Shown here in pieces: positions 1-10,400 of a stretch of DNA of 16,491 nt. Positions within the stretch are counted from its first letter, which is position 1. Each line of letters begins with the position of its first letter. The translations under genes and the position numbers were made by a program. Source of the stretch: Deltaproteobacteria bacterium TL4 (GTDB taxonomy: Bacteria; SAR324; NAC60-12); the NCBI GenBank assembly GCA_051382335.1, contig JBBCAX010000116.1, positions 1 to 16,491 on the forward strand, written 5' to 3'. The notes under the pieces were generated by a model. It searched no databases. It had not been told where the DNA came from and saw only the letters and a list, made by a program, of their open reading frames with translations.

Positions 1-3000
1 CTTCCGCCGTCCCCTCATAGTTAAACCGCAATTTCAACTTGATCTCCCCCGTATGCCCCACCTTCAACCGAAACGTAAGTTGCTCCTGACTCCCTTCCTC
101 AATCGCAATTCCCTCTGTGCTTGTGGCTGTCACGACCTCCAAACCAAGACCGCCTCTCTCCCAATACTCCTCGGGATTGAACTTCGGCCAAGTGCTGACA
201 TCAGCGGTTGGATCACCGAGTGCGTAGATTGAATATTGGACACTCCCTTGACTGGTAATACTACCCAGGACAGATCCAGTGTTAATGATATCTCCTGTTT
301 TGAATGTTGAGATGGGAACTTCGTCAAGATTACTGAAACGATGAACGCTACCATCCTGGAGAGCTACCCAGACAGAACCTTCCGCAATCTGTTGAATCAC
401 TCCGGTCACAGGAGAATAGACGTTGCTTTTTCCTGAAAACTTTTTGTTATAGCAAAGTGTGGTGGCGGCAAATAATTGATTATCAACTGTTGGCGCATGA
501 AAATCACGAAGCACTTCGGCATGGACCGTTCGGTCGTTGCTCGGATGCAAAAGATGATGCGTTACCTTTTCCCAGATGGAATCTCCTTGGAGAGAAACTT
601 GAGTTTTTGAGGCATCAGGTTCACGGATAGTATCTTGAAGACTTTCCAGTTCTAACTCGGTGACGTCTAAGGTTTGTTCTACCTGGATCACAATAGGGGT
701 GAGTTGTTCCTGGTTGATCTCTTCTCCTTGTGAAAAGTGGGTTTCCAAACGTTCAAACAACTGATGAATATTCCAGTAAGTAGAAGTTAATCCCTGGTCA
801 ATTCGAGTAAATTTAAGCTGCTCCTCTGCTATCCAATTTCGGTCAGGATCATTTTTTTCTATCAGAAGGGCTTTTTCCAGGGTGTCAATCTCATTGGCTA
901 AAGGAATCCATTGTTGATAAATCATCTCATAGCCCACTTGATCCAAGGTCGCGGTAAGCCCTTGTTTAAGCTCCTTTAAAAAGGTGTTTAATTTTTGAAT
1001 TAAGCCAAGGCTATCAGTCTTCAACACATTATCGGTTAACTCTCCTGATTGAATTAAATCCTTCAAAGCTGACCAGGAATTACCTAAACTATTTTGCGCT
1101 GTTGAGTAAAGTCCTCCCTCAGTATCATAGATTTTAAGAGATTCTTTTTCGATATTTTGACCGATAGTCAAAGTGATTGAACTGGTAGCCGCGCTCAATC
1201 CTCCCACACTCAAACTATTGACAAAAACCCCTTCACTATCCGTGTAATCCTGGTCTTGAGAATTAGGGTGAAAGGAAACTCGGACTGAGTTTTTTCCGTC
1301 AAGTGTAACCTGACCATCACTTTGAATAGTGACTTCAATCGTGTCATCAATGTCCACATTCAGTCGTGCGACATAAAGGGTTTCTTCTCCTTCTTCCAAA
1401 TGTGTGTTTTGTGGATCTATCGCTACAAAATCGACTTCGATGATACCTCCATGATTCCAAAAGTCGTTAGCGTCTACTCGAACATCAGCGTAGTCTCCTC
1501 CAAAACGGTTTCCGATCAAGACTTCATAATACACAGTCGTCATACCAGGAGATAACCAGCCGATTTGATTGCCAGGATTGATTTCCTCGTTTGCTTTTAA
1601 GTATTGTTCATCCAGTTTGAGACCAAAATAACGGTGATAGACTCCTTGTAGATCCTCAATCACCACAACTCCCGCGGTGGGATCATACTCAATCACTTTT
1701 CCATGAACCAGGTTATAAATCGGTTGAGCGAAAATCTTGGGTGATTCAATCGTGAGTTCGCTTCGTCCAAGGAGCGTTCCCTTTTCAAAAAACTGTTTTT
1801 CACCTTGAATCAACTCGTTTCCGCACAAAACGCCTTGGGCCTCATTCCAGCTTTGAGATTCTTTCAAGGGTCCGCCTTGTTCCCAATACTGGCTGACATT
1901 GATCCAATCATTTTGATGGCCAAATTCCGCTTTTGCTCCTTTTTTGATCTGGTAATGAAATTCTCCTGTGGTCGTTCCCTGATTGTCCACTAAAGAAGTG
2001 TATCCCAGCAAAGTCCCAGCCGATAAGGTTTTATCTTTGTTCGCGTCAAAAACAGGCTTCATCATCTTCATAAAAGTAGAGTCCAAGCCAGAAATGACAT
2101 GAATTGTGCCATCAATCTGACTTTGAATCTCAATGCTCGTTTCCCCAACATGGAGGATCTGGCCGTTGGCGGGATTTAAAACAGAAATCTTTTCAACGGA
2201 ACCGGAATACTCAATTTTAAGATCATCATTGACAAGATTGTTCTGGGTGGCGTCTGTGATGTTAAAATATGTGTCATGCAGGTCTTTGGGAAATAAGGCG
2301 AGTTTTACATCCCGAACTCCACTGAATAAATCACGGGTTTGTGTAATCCAGTCCCCAACAGGTTTCTTTACAAGGTCGTAACCCAAGGAAAGGATGGTTT
2401 CTCCTAAAGGGGGAATACTGAGGGTAAACAGCGTTTCTGCCGCTCCCAAAACCACTTTTTCATAGTCGCCTTCTTTGATCCCTTGAATGACACGACTCCA
2501 TTGTCCTAAACCAGGTACTTGTGACACTAACTGTTCCAGGGTTATGTCTTTTAATAAATTAGCTGTCCTTAGTTCTGCATCAGCATAGTCATTTTTTGAT
2601 AAACTTTTGAGTGTATCAATAACTTGATTGATTTTTCCTACAGGAACATGTTTTTTGAGGTACTCTGTTACAACGATTTCTCCTAAAACGGAGGAGATTC
2701 CTTGAGCATCTTTAAAATCATCAATCGTCAGATTTTTTAGTTCGTAATGTGTTTTAAGCAATTCAACTAAAAGTTGTTTGCTTCCCTCTTGAGGATTTTG
2801 TAACATATCGCGCATTAAAATGGGGAGCAATAAGGCTTCTTTGGCTTTTTGTAAATCTGTTTGCATCGTGTCATCTAAAAAGACCGAACCATGTTTGATA
2901 AGAAACGCGTCCCAACTGGTTATTCTTTTGTTGCGGACGTCTTCAAACATTTGTATGACAGCAGTTCCTTTAGATTGTCCCCATTGCCCGCTCACCATGC

Positions 3001-3709
3001 CCACTACCTCTCCTTTTAAGCTGTCATATAACTCCTTCGGAAGTTCTTCAACAGTTGCTTTGAGAGAATCCAAATCAGTCACCACTTGTGGAAAACGTTC
3101 GATATCACTGAGTAAACTAATCCCATTGATGATTTTACCCAATGTGTGATTTTCTGCACCACCAAGCCGCTCTTTTAAGAAAGGAGCCAAATCTTCAACC
3201 GTTGATATGACCTCCCAAAAATTCATATTGTTAAACTGTTCCATTTGACCATTGACACTTTGGGAAATCGCGTTATTAAAGGTACTCCAATCTTTGATGT
3301 CTACAGTAAACGTGTGTAGGGTTTGAACCATATTGATGGCTTGGGTAGCTTCAGGAGGCCAGTTTTGGATCAAAACATCTAAAGCCGCTTTGGAGGCAAA
3401 GGAACTGACGCAATCAATGAGAAAATCAGGTGTTTTGAGGAGTTCTGTCTTCAACGTCTTTCCGTTAGGAATCGTCGGTGAGGAAAGGCTTTGAATAAAT
3501 TCAATTCCTTGAATCAATTGATTGATTTCTGGATTTTGTACTATTTTTTTTTCAAGTGTATCAACGATATTATCAATATCATCAGACTTTATCGTATCAA
3601 TGAGTATTTGTATCTCTTCAGTACTTCGTTGCTTAATATAATCCCAAAACTTAGGAAGAGTATCTAATTGAGTTAAATCGTTAATGATATCTTGTTTTGT
3701 TTTTCCCAT
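1..3709 (-). CDS. Giant (>1236 aa, runs off the window) putative secreted protein: N-terminal helical region, three degenerate M23/LytM-like modules, Calx-beta/Ig-like segments
   Basis: ATG at 3709 with AAGGGG RBS (3715-3720). Manual translation MGKTKQDIINDLTQLDTLPKFW... stays open to the window edge (...GHTGEIKLKLRFNYEGTAE). Absent from the ORF track because no stop is reached. No N-terminal signal peptide. Confidence 0.9.
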   Translation of the reverse strand, partial: MGKTKQDIINDLTQLDTLPKFWDYIKQRSTEEIQILIDTIKSDDIDNIVDTLEKKIVQNPEINQLIQGIEFIQSLSSPTIPNGKTLKTELLKTPDFLIDCVSSFASKAALDVLIQNWPPEATQAINMVQTLHTFTVDIKDWSTFNNAISQSVNGQMEQFNNMNFWEVISTVEDLAPFLKERLGGAENHTLGKIINGISLLSDIERFPQVVTDLDSLKATVEELPKELYDSLKGEVVGMVSGQWGQSKGTAVIQMFEDVRNKRITSWDAFLIKHGSVFLDDTMQTDLQKAKEALLLPILMRDMLQNPQEGSKQLLVELLKTHYELKNLTIDDFKDAQGISSVLGEIVVTEYLKKHVPVGKINQVIDTLKSLSKNDYADAELRTANLLKDITLEQLVSQVPGLGQWSRVIQGIKEGDYEKVVLGAAETLFTLSIPPLGETILSLGYDLVKKPVGDWITQTRDLFSGVRDVKLALFPKDLHDTYFNITDATQNNLVNDDLKIEYSGSVEKISVLNPANGQILHVGETSIEIQSQIDGTIHVISGLDSTFMKMMKPVFDANKDKTLSAGTLLGYTSLVDNQGTTTGEFHYQIKKGAKAEFGHQNDWINVSQYWEQGGPLKESQSWNEAQGVLCGNELIQGEKQFFEKGTLLGRSELTIESPKIFAQPIYNLVHGKVIEYDPTAGVVVIEDLQGVYHRYFGLKLDEQYLKANEEINPGNQIGWLSPGMTTVYYEVLIGNRFGGDYADVRVDANDFWNHGGIIEVDFVAIDPQNTHLEEGEETLYVARLNVDIDDTIEVTIQSDGQVTLDGKNSVRVSFHPNSQDQDYTDSEGVFVNSLSVGGLSAATSSITLTIGQNIEKESLKIYDTEGGLYSTAQNSLGNSWSALKDLIQSGELTDNVLKTDSLGLIQKLNTFLKELKQGLTATLDQVGYEMIYQQWIPLANEIDTLEKALLIEKNDPDRNWIAEEQLKFTRIDQGLTSTYWNIHQLFERLETHFSQGEEINQEQLTPIVIQVEQTLDVTELELESLQDTIREPDASKTQVSLQGDSIWEKVTHHLLHPSNDRTVHAEVLRDFHAPTVDNQLFAATTLCYNKKFSGKSNVYSPVTGVIQQIAEGSVWVALQDGSVHRFSNLDEVPISTFKTGDIINTGSVLGSITSQGSVQYSIYALGDPTADVSTWPKFNPEEYWERGGLGLEVVTATSTEGIAIEEGSQEQLTFRLKVGHTGEIKLKLRFNYEGTAE

Positions 3710-3747
3710 CGTTTCCCCTTAAATTCATTATTTGTAATGATATACGT

Positions 3748-4803
3748 TTACTCCTCGGCTCCAGCTTGTTGTAACACTTTGACGGTTTCCCATTCTTCAT
3801 ATGCTTTGGCTAATTTTAATGCTGTTTCTCCTTTTTTGTTTCGAATGTTTATGTCTGCTCCGTTTTGGACTAGAATCCTAACAATTTCTACATAACCTCT
3901 TTTTGAAGCATCCATTAAAGCAGTATCTCCGTTAACCAAATCTCCTTTTTCTTGATAATTGAGTTGTGCTTCGTGATTTACAAGTAATTGTGCAATTTCA
4001 GTATGACCACGCTTTGATGCCCACATCACAGGTGTTGTTCCATATTTAGTTTGTATGTTTACATTAACCTGGTGATCCAAAAGTAATTTTACAATATCGG
4101 TATATCCTTCAGAAGAAGCCATAGATAATGCGCTGGTTTTATCATTACTTTGAACATTGGGATCAGCTCCCGCGTCAAGAAGAAGTCGAACAATTTCAGT
4201 ATGTCCTTTTGAAACAGCACGAATTAACGCAGTATCGTTTCCAAGAAAGTCTTCAGATTGAGTTCGGGCATTCACATTTGCACCAGCATCAATCAGCAAT
4301 TTAACAATCTCAGTATAGCCTTTATGAGAAGCTGTCATGAGAGGGGTGAATCCCTCAACTTTTTTCACATACTCGTTTACTAAAATGGTAGGAAGATCCG
4401 TTTGCGCCCCCTCAGAAAGTAGCAATTGAACAGCTTTTGTCTGTCCTTGATCAGCCGCAACAAAGAGTGGGGGAATATCATTTTGATTGATTTCTGCACC
4501 AGCAGCGATCCAATATTTTATTTTTTCAAGATGTCCTCGCTTAGCTGCCCCATATAATTTGATATTTAATTTCTCCTGACTCAACCCATCAGGATTAACA
4601 ACAGCCTGTTTTTCAGGCTGACGTTGAACCTGCGATGCTGGTTGCGGTTTGATTGCGACCGTTGTGGTTGTTTTAGCATGTGTAATATTCTTAGTATCAG
4701 GTGTTGAGGTTTGGGCGGTTCCACCACAAGCGATCAGGGTGAAGATCAAACATCCCAACCCCCATGAAGTTAAATGTTTGATTAAGATCTGTGTCTTGAA
4801 CAT
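3748..4803 (-). CDS. Ankyrin-repeat lipoprotein (351 aa)
   Basis: About 7-8 ankyrin repeats (G.TPLM.AS..G..EIVKLL...GA.VN). Start moved to ATG 4803 (GGAG RBS upstream), which gives a signal peptide with lipobox LIA-C followed by a T/P/Q-rich linker. Confidence 0.9.
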   Translation of the reverse strand: MFKTQILIKHLTSWGLGCLIFTLIACGGTAQTSTPDTKNITHAKTTTTVAIKPQPASQVQRQPEKQAVVNPDGLSQEKLNIKLYGAAKRGHLEKIKYWIAAGAEINQNDIPPLFVAADQGQTKAVQLLLSEGAQTDLPTILVNEYVKKVEGFTPLMTASHKGYTEIVKLLIDAGANVNARTQSEDFLGNDTALIRAVSKGHTEIVRLLLDAGADPNVQSNDKTSALSMASSEGYTDIVKLLLDHQVNVNIQTKYGTTPVMWASKRGHTEIAQLLVNHEAQLNYQEKGDLVNGDTALMDASKRGYVEIVRILVQNGADINIRNKKGETALKLAKAYEEWETVKVLQQAGAEE

Positions 4804-5101
4804 AATAATCTCCATTGAAAGCAGCGGATATGAGAGAACCGTTGCTCCCTCAAAATCGAGTTCAAAAAATTGGGGTTGATCCAAAAAAAATCTTACCCAA
4901 AACATAAAAGTGAAAGCGGTAAAACACTTGTCTCCCACCAAGTATTTAAGATCATGATCCCTAAAGAAGCTTTAACAAATTTAATTGGACTTTGAAAAGT
5001 AAAAAAAGTGGGTTTTATTGAAAAATATTTGATGAATGAAATTTCTGCGCAAAGACAAAAACCAAGTTATAAAAAACATTTAAAACTCTCTATAACAAAG
5101 C

Positions 5102-5130
5102 TTGATTAGTTCCTTATAAAGTTGTAAAAA
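5102..5130 (+). promoter_or_regulatory. Possible sigma70 promoter for the PEGA/adhesin operon
   Basis: TTGATT-17bp-TAAAAA in the AT-rich divergent intergenic region 4804-5168. Weak match. Confidence 0.25.
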
Positions 5131-5168
5131 CCCTTTATCATCAAATTAAACCAATGGAAGGGGGAACT

Positions 5169-7352
5169 ATGAAAGTCTTGAAATTTTTATGTTTAATGGC
5201 TGGAGCAATCTTTCTGGCCTACCCGGTTTATGCTCAGAAAGAACAAGCGGCAATCTTTCCTTTAGCGGTGGCAGGCAGCATTTCTGAAGTGCCGCAAGGC
5301 ATTTTGTTCAATACGTTTCAGGAGAGTTTGGCCGACCGGTTTAATCTGGTTTCGGAAAAGCAATTCGAGCAAGCCCAGGATGAAGCCTTTAAAACCCTGG
5401 ACGCGGAGGAATGTACCGAAGAACAATGTATTCGCCGGGTTCAGGAAATCCTGCAAGTAGAAAGTTTGTTTCGTTTGCAAATCATTCGGGAAGGCGACGA
5501 TACCCAACTGACGGTTACCCATATTGGCCTGGAAACCAAGAATGTAAAAACCAACTATTGCCAAAAATGCAATACTTTCCAACTCAACGGGAAAATTTCC
5601 GAGTTGGTGGCAAAAGTCTTGGGTGAAGATGTCCTCACTCCAACTCCTGAGGATATGGGACAATTGTTCCTCACCACAACCCCTCCAAAAGCCGAAATCA
5701 CCTTGGATGGAGTCGTGTTGGAACAACAAACACCCGCCTTATTAAAAGCCCTCCCTTATGGAGAACACACCCTCAGTCTTCGTCAGGGAAATCTCGGTTT
5801 GACTCAGATCGTCGATGTCACCTCCTCTGAATTGATGCGTTTGGAATTGACGCTGACTCCGTTGCTTTACAATGTGTTAATCACAAGTACCCCTTACGAC
5901 GCTGAGGTTTCCGTAGATCAAAAACCCGTTGGAAAAACGCCGGTGGATGTCAGGTTGACTTCAGGACAGCATCAGGTAGAGATCCGGTTAAAAGACTATG
6001 TCCCTTTTACTCAAAGCATCGAAGTGAATCCTCAAAAAAAGAACACGGTTCTGGAGGCAAAATTGAGTCAGTTTGGAACTTTGAAACTCGGGAGTATTCC
6101 TGATCCGGCCAGCGTATTCCTGGATGACATTTTCAAAGGCGTAACTCCGGTAACCTTTCAGGTGATTGAAGGAACACATCAATTAAAAATTCAAAAACAC
6201 AAATATGAAGTGCTGGAGCAAACCGTAACGGTGCTGGGAGGAGAAGTAACGGAACAGCGAGTAACCTTGATCAAAATCCCGGAACTGATCCTTGGGAGCA
6301 CGCCTGGTGGTGCGAAAATCATGGTTGATCATCGAGTTGTGGGAAATACTCCACTCACGATGCAAATCGCCCAAGGTTCCCATCAGATTCAAATCGAACA
6401 ACAAGGCTATGAGGTTTTTCAAAAACAGATCGAGGTCCTCAACGAGGATGTCTCATTAGCTCCCCGTTTGACTCCCGTTCAAGGACGATTGACCCTGCGA
6501 GGCAGTCCTCAAGGAGCCTATATTACCATTTCAGGCGGAACCTTTGTCCCTACGACCCAAACACTAACCCTCCCTGTTGAGGAAAAATCACTTCCCATCG
6601 GCCCATACACCCTCAAAGTGACTCAGACGGGTTACTTTCCTGTTGGAAAATCCTTTAAAATCCTTCCAAACCAGCAAACGCTCATCAACATCAAGTTGGA
6701 ACTGCAACCCTCCCAATTGAAACTTACGGTGTTCAGAGAGAACATGATTGAAGACGAAGACGGTTATTTTGTGGTAAACGTCATAGGAAAGGAATCCTAC
6801 AACAAAACCGATAACGCTCCTGAACGGGGTGCCTTTGCTTTGGAAGTGGAACCAGGATCCTATGAACTCTACGTCACCCACTCCAGCAATAAATATGTGG
6901 AACAAAAGCAATCCATTATTTTGGAACCAGGAAAAACCTTTTCTCAGGAGATCCACCTGGAACTAACCGAATATTACCAAGCCCATCAACGCTGGAAATG
7001 GAAGTGGCGAAGTTCGTTGGGGGGAACTCTGATCTCAACCGGGTTGCTTTATTCCTCAATCATTGCGCTGGAAACGGCAAACACAGAGAAAAAACAAAGC
7101 AGTGATAAAATCAAAACTGCGAAAACGCTTGAAGAAGCCAAAGCCTATCGAATGGAAGAAAATGAGAAAATTGACGCTACAACCAAAGCAAATGAGGAAA
7201 TCCAGCAATATTTAGGCTTAACCCTCGTACTCGCCGCTTTGACCGGATGGTTTTATTGGGATGAACCGGAACACCCTTCCTCCACCACCTCCTGGAACTG
7301 GAACGTTCAACCCCAAGGTAAAGTCCAATTCTCATTTAACAAGAAATGGTAA
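5169..7352 (+). CDS. Secreted PEGA-domain protein (5 clear plus 1 divergent PEGA repeats) with Cys-containing N-terminal alpha/beta domain and hydrophobic C-terminal region (727 aa)
   Basis: ATG 5169 follows a GAAGGGGG RBS. Signal peptide MKVLKFLCLMAGAIFLAYPVYA. Repeats match L.I.S.P.GA.V.VD...G.TP......G.H...I...GY. N-domain has ECTEEQC and CQKC. Ends ...GKVQFSFNKKW. Confidence 0.88.
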   Translation: MKVLKFLCLMAGAIFLAYPVYAQKEQAAIFPLAVAGSISEVPQGILFNTFQESLADRFNLVSEKQFEQAQDEAFKTLDAEECTEEQCIRRVQEILQVESLFRLQIIREGDDTQLTVTHIGLETKNVKTNYCQKCNTFQLNGKISELVAKVLGEDVLTPTPEDMGQLFLTTTPPKAEITLDGVVLEQQTPALLKALPYGEHTLSLRQGNLGLTQIVDVTSSELMRLELTLTPLLYNVLITSTPYDAEVSVDQKPVGKTPVDVRLTSGQHQVEIRLKDYVPFTQSIEVNPQKKNTVLEAKLSQFGTLKLGSIPDPASVFLDDIFKGVTPVTFQVIEGTHQLKIQKHKYEVLEQTVTVLGGEVTEQRVTLIKIPELILGSTPGGAKIMVDHRVVGNTPLTMQIAQGSHQIQIEQQGYEVFQKQIEVLNEDVSLAPRLTPVQGRLTLRGSPQGAYITISGGTFVPTTQTLTLPVEEKSLPIGPYTLKVTQTGYFPVGKSFKILPNQQTLINIKLELQPSQLKLTVFRENMIEDEDGYFVVNVIGKESYNKTDNAPERGAFALEVEPGSYELYVTHSSNKYVEQKQSIILEPGKTFSQEIHLELTEYYQAHQRWKWKWRSSLGGTLISTGLLYSSIIALETANTEKKQSSDKIKTAKTLEEAKAYRMEENEKIDATTKANEEIQQYLGLTLVLAALTGWFYWDEPEHPSSTTSWNWNVQPQGKVQFSFNKKW

Positions 7353-7355
7353 TCT

Positions 7356-7389
7356 CTCTGCGTTCCTTTGCGCCCTTTGCGTCTTTGCG
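7356..7389. repeat. Four CT(C/T)TGCG heptamer repeats, intergenic
   Basis: ctctgcg 7356, ctttgcg 7366, 7375, 7383, spaced 8-10 bp, just after the PEGA stop codon. Confidence 0.75.
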
Positions 7390-7436
7390 TTAAAAGACAA
7401 AATTATTTCAAACCAAGTTCTAAAATCGGTGAACCC

Positions 7437-10400
7437 ATGAAACACAAACGATTCACAACCATAGGAATCCTCCTGCTCGTAATGCTTGCGGTGATTACTT
7501 CCTGCGTTTTGAACGATTCCGTCGATGATTCTCACACTCCCACTCCAGCCGAGTTGGACTTCGAGATCAGCCCCATCAGCAATAAAACCTCTGAAACCGG
7601 AACTTACGCCACCTTTACCGTCAAACTCAAACAAGTCCCAACGCATGACGTCGTCCTCCCTGTTTTCAGCAGTAAGGTGAAAGAGGGCACGGTTTCCACC
7701 TCCAGTTTGATCTTTACCTCAGAAAATTGGAATACGCGGCAAATCGTCACAGTCACCGGCGTTGATGACTCCGTTGCGGATGGAGAACAACCCTACTCCA
7801 TCATCCTTGGGACGGTCGTTACCAAAGACGCAAACTATCAGACCATCAATCCTGACGATGTCAAAGTCGTCAATGTGGATGACGATTCACCTGGGTTTAC
7901 AGTTGGCCCTATCAGTGGAAAGACCTCAGAGTCAGGGCAAATCGCCTCCTTCACGGTTCAAATTCATAGCCAACCGACGGCGAATGTGCTCCTTCCTTTA
8001 TCCAGTGACAATGAGGCTGAAGGCCTCATTCTCCAAAAGGAACTTCGTTTCACTCCCGACAATTGGAAAACCCCACAAACAGCGACGGTTCAAGGTGTTG
8101 ATGATGAAGCTGCGGATGGAAATCAGCGTTATCACATCATCCTATCCGCCGCAGTTAGTGAGGATCCCATCTATCAGGGCATGGATCCTGAGGATGTCCA
8201 GGTTGAAAATATCGATAACGAAACACCTGGGATCACAGTAAGTGCGGTCAGTGGAAATACCAATGAATTTGGAGAAACAGCGACCTTCATGGTGCGCTTG
8301 AATGTTGTTCCTTCAGCGGATGTCACAGTTTATCTTTCCAGTAGTGATAGCACTGAACTCACGGTGTTTCCAAAAGCCTTGACCTTCACCCCCCAAAATT
8401 GGAACGCACCTCAAACCATCACCCTCACCGGAGTAGATGATCAGGACGATGATGACAATCAAAGGGTATCCGTCTTTTTGGGAAACACCACGAGTCAGGA
8501 TCCCGGCTATCATCAGTTAAGTTTTGAGAGTGTCACCGTGATCAACGAGGACAACGAATTGCCGGGCTTCAGAATCAGCGCGATCAGTGGCCTGACCACC
8601 GAAAAAGGCGGAACCGCCACCTTTACGATTCACTTGAACGTCGCCCCTGGTGCTGAGGTCGTGATTCCGCTTTCCAGTAGTGACACCACGGAAGGTGTCG
8701 TTTCGCCCCAACAGCTCACCTTCACGCCTCAGAATTGGAATGCCCTGCAAACCGTAACCGTGACAGGTGTGGATGACACGGAAGAAGATGGCAATCAAAA
8801 CTACCGCATCCTGATGGGAGCCGCACAAAGTACCGATTCTGGTTACCAGGGCTTAAAACCGGTTATGGTCACCAATCTTGATGATGAAGCTTTTGCTTTT
8901 ATTGTCAGCGCCATCAGTGGAGAGACTTCAGAAACCGGAGAAACCGCCACTTTTACTGTCAAACTTCTGCGTGCTCCAACTTTGAATGTCACCATTCCGC
9001 TTTCCAGTGGGGATTATTGGGAAGGTTCTGTCACTCCTGATAGTTTAACCTTCACCCCTAATAATTGGAACGCTGAACAGATCGTGACCGTCACTGGAGT
9101 GGACGATAATATTGCGGATGGGGCTCAACCTTATCCAGTCCTGCTGGGAAAAACCACTTCAGATGATGCCAATTATCATCAACTGGACCCTCAAGATGTG
9201 CTGGTGGTAAATATTGATGACGAAACCACTGGCTTCACGATCAGCGCGCTTCAGGGGCAGACTTCTGAAGCGGGAGAAACCGCCACCTTTACGATCAAAC
9301 TTAATAGCGAGCCTACAGGAGATGTGGTGGTTGAGGTGGCCAGTTCTGATCCAGGTGAAGGTACAGTGTCACCCGCCAAACTCACCTTCACGCCCTCCAA
9401 CTGGAATGCAAATCAAACAGTCACTGTGACGGGAATCGATGACGAGAGTGCCGATGGCAACCAAAATTACACGATTCTTCTGACACTCAACTTGACTGAA
9501 ACCAAAGACCTCAAAGGGTATGGAGACTTGAACCCCCGTGATGTCACCGTGATCAACACCGATAACGAAACCGCTGGTTTCTCGGTCAGCAAGGTTCAAG
9601 GGAACACCACCGAAACTGGAGGCACCGCCGCCTTTACGGTCAAACTCCAGAGCAAACCCACCGCTAACGTGGTGCTTGAGGTCGCGACCGCGGACTCCAC
9701 AGAAGGTACCGTTTCTCCCTCTTCCCTGAGCTTCAGCACTGACAACTGGAACGCCAATCAGACGGTCACCCTAACCGGAATTAATGATGACGTCACTGAT
9801 GGCAACCAAAACTACACCATCCAACTCACCATCAACACGGTCGGAACTTTGGATGACAGTGGTTATGCCTTGCTGAATTCTGAGACTGTCACCGTGACCA
9901 ACATTGATGACGACCAACCCGGCTTCACCATCAGCGCCATCAGCGGCAATACGACTGAAGCAACAGGAACAGCGAGCTTTAACGTGAAACTGACCAGTGA
10001 GCCAACAGGCAATGTCGTAATGAACGTGGTCAGCAGTGATTCCAGCGAAGGTACCGTTTCAACGTCAAGTCTCACCTTTACCCCCGACAATTGGAACGCC
10101 AACCAAACCATCACAGTCACAGGCGTAAACGACGACATTGCCGATGGCAACCAAAGCTTTACTATCCAACTCACCATCAATACCAAAGCCACAACCGATA
10201 TCAGCGGTTATGCTTTGTTGAATCCTGATGATGTTGCCGTCACCAATACCGATCTGGGAGAATCCGCCGGCTTTATCATTTCAACTATCAGCAGCAATAC
10301 GACTGAGGATGAAACCACCGCCACCTTTACAGTCAAACTGACCAGTGAGCCTACAGCCAATGTCGTGATTGACGTGGTCACATCGGATGTGACCGAAGGA

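Noticed and set aside
130..3895. Short ORF-track entries (130-354, 1322-1555, 1805-1993, 2133-2381, 2820-3149, 3692-3895)
   Set aside because: Antisense or off-frame shadows of the giant minus-strand ORF and the ankyrin gene, with no recognisable motifs.
7368..7436. ORF-track upstream starts at 7368 (also 4941, 5154 and 16119)
   Set aside because: Downstream ATGs give better RBS and/or proper signal peptides. The 7368 extension runs through the heptamer repeat.
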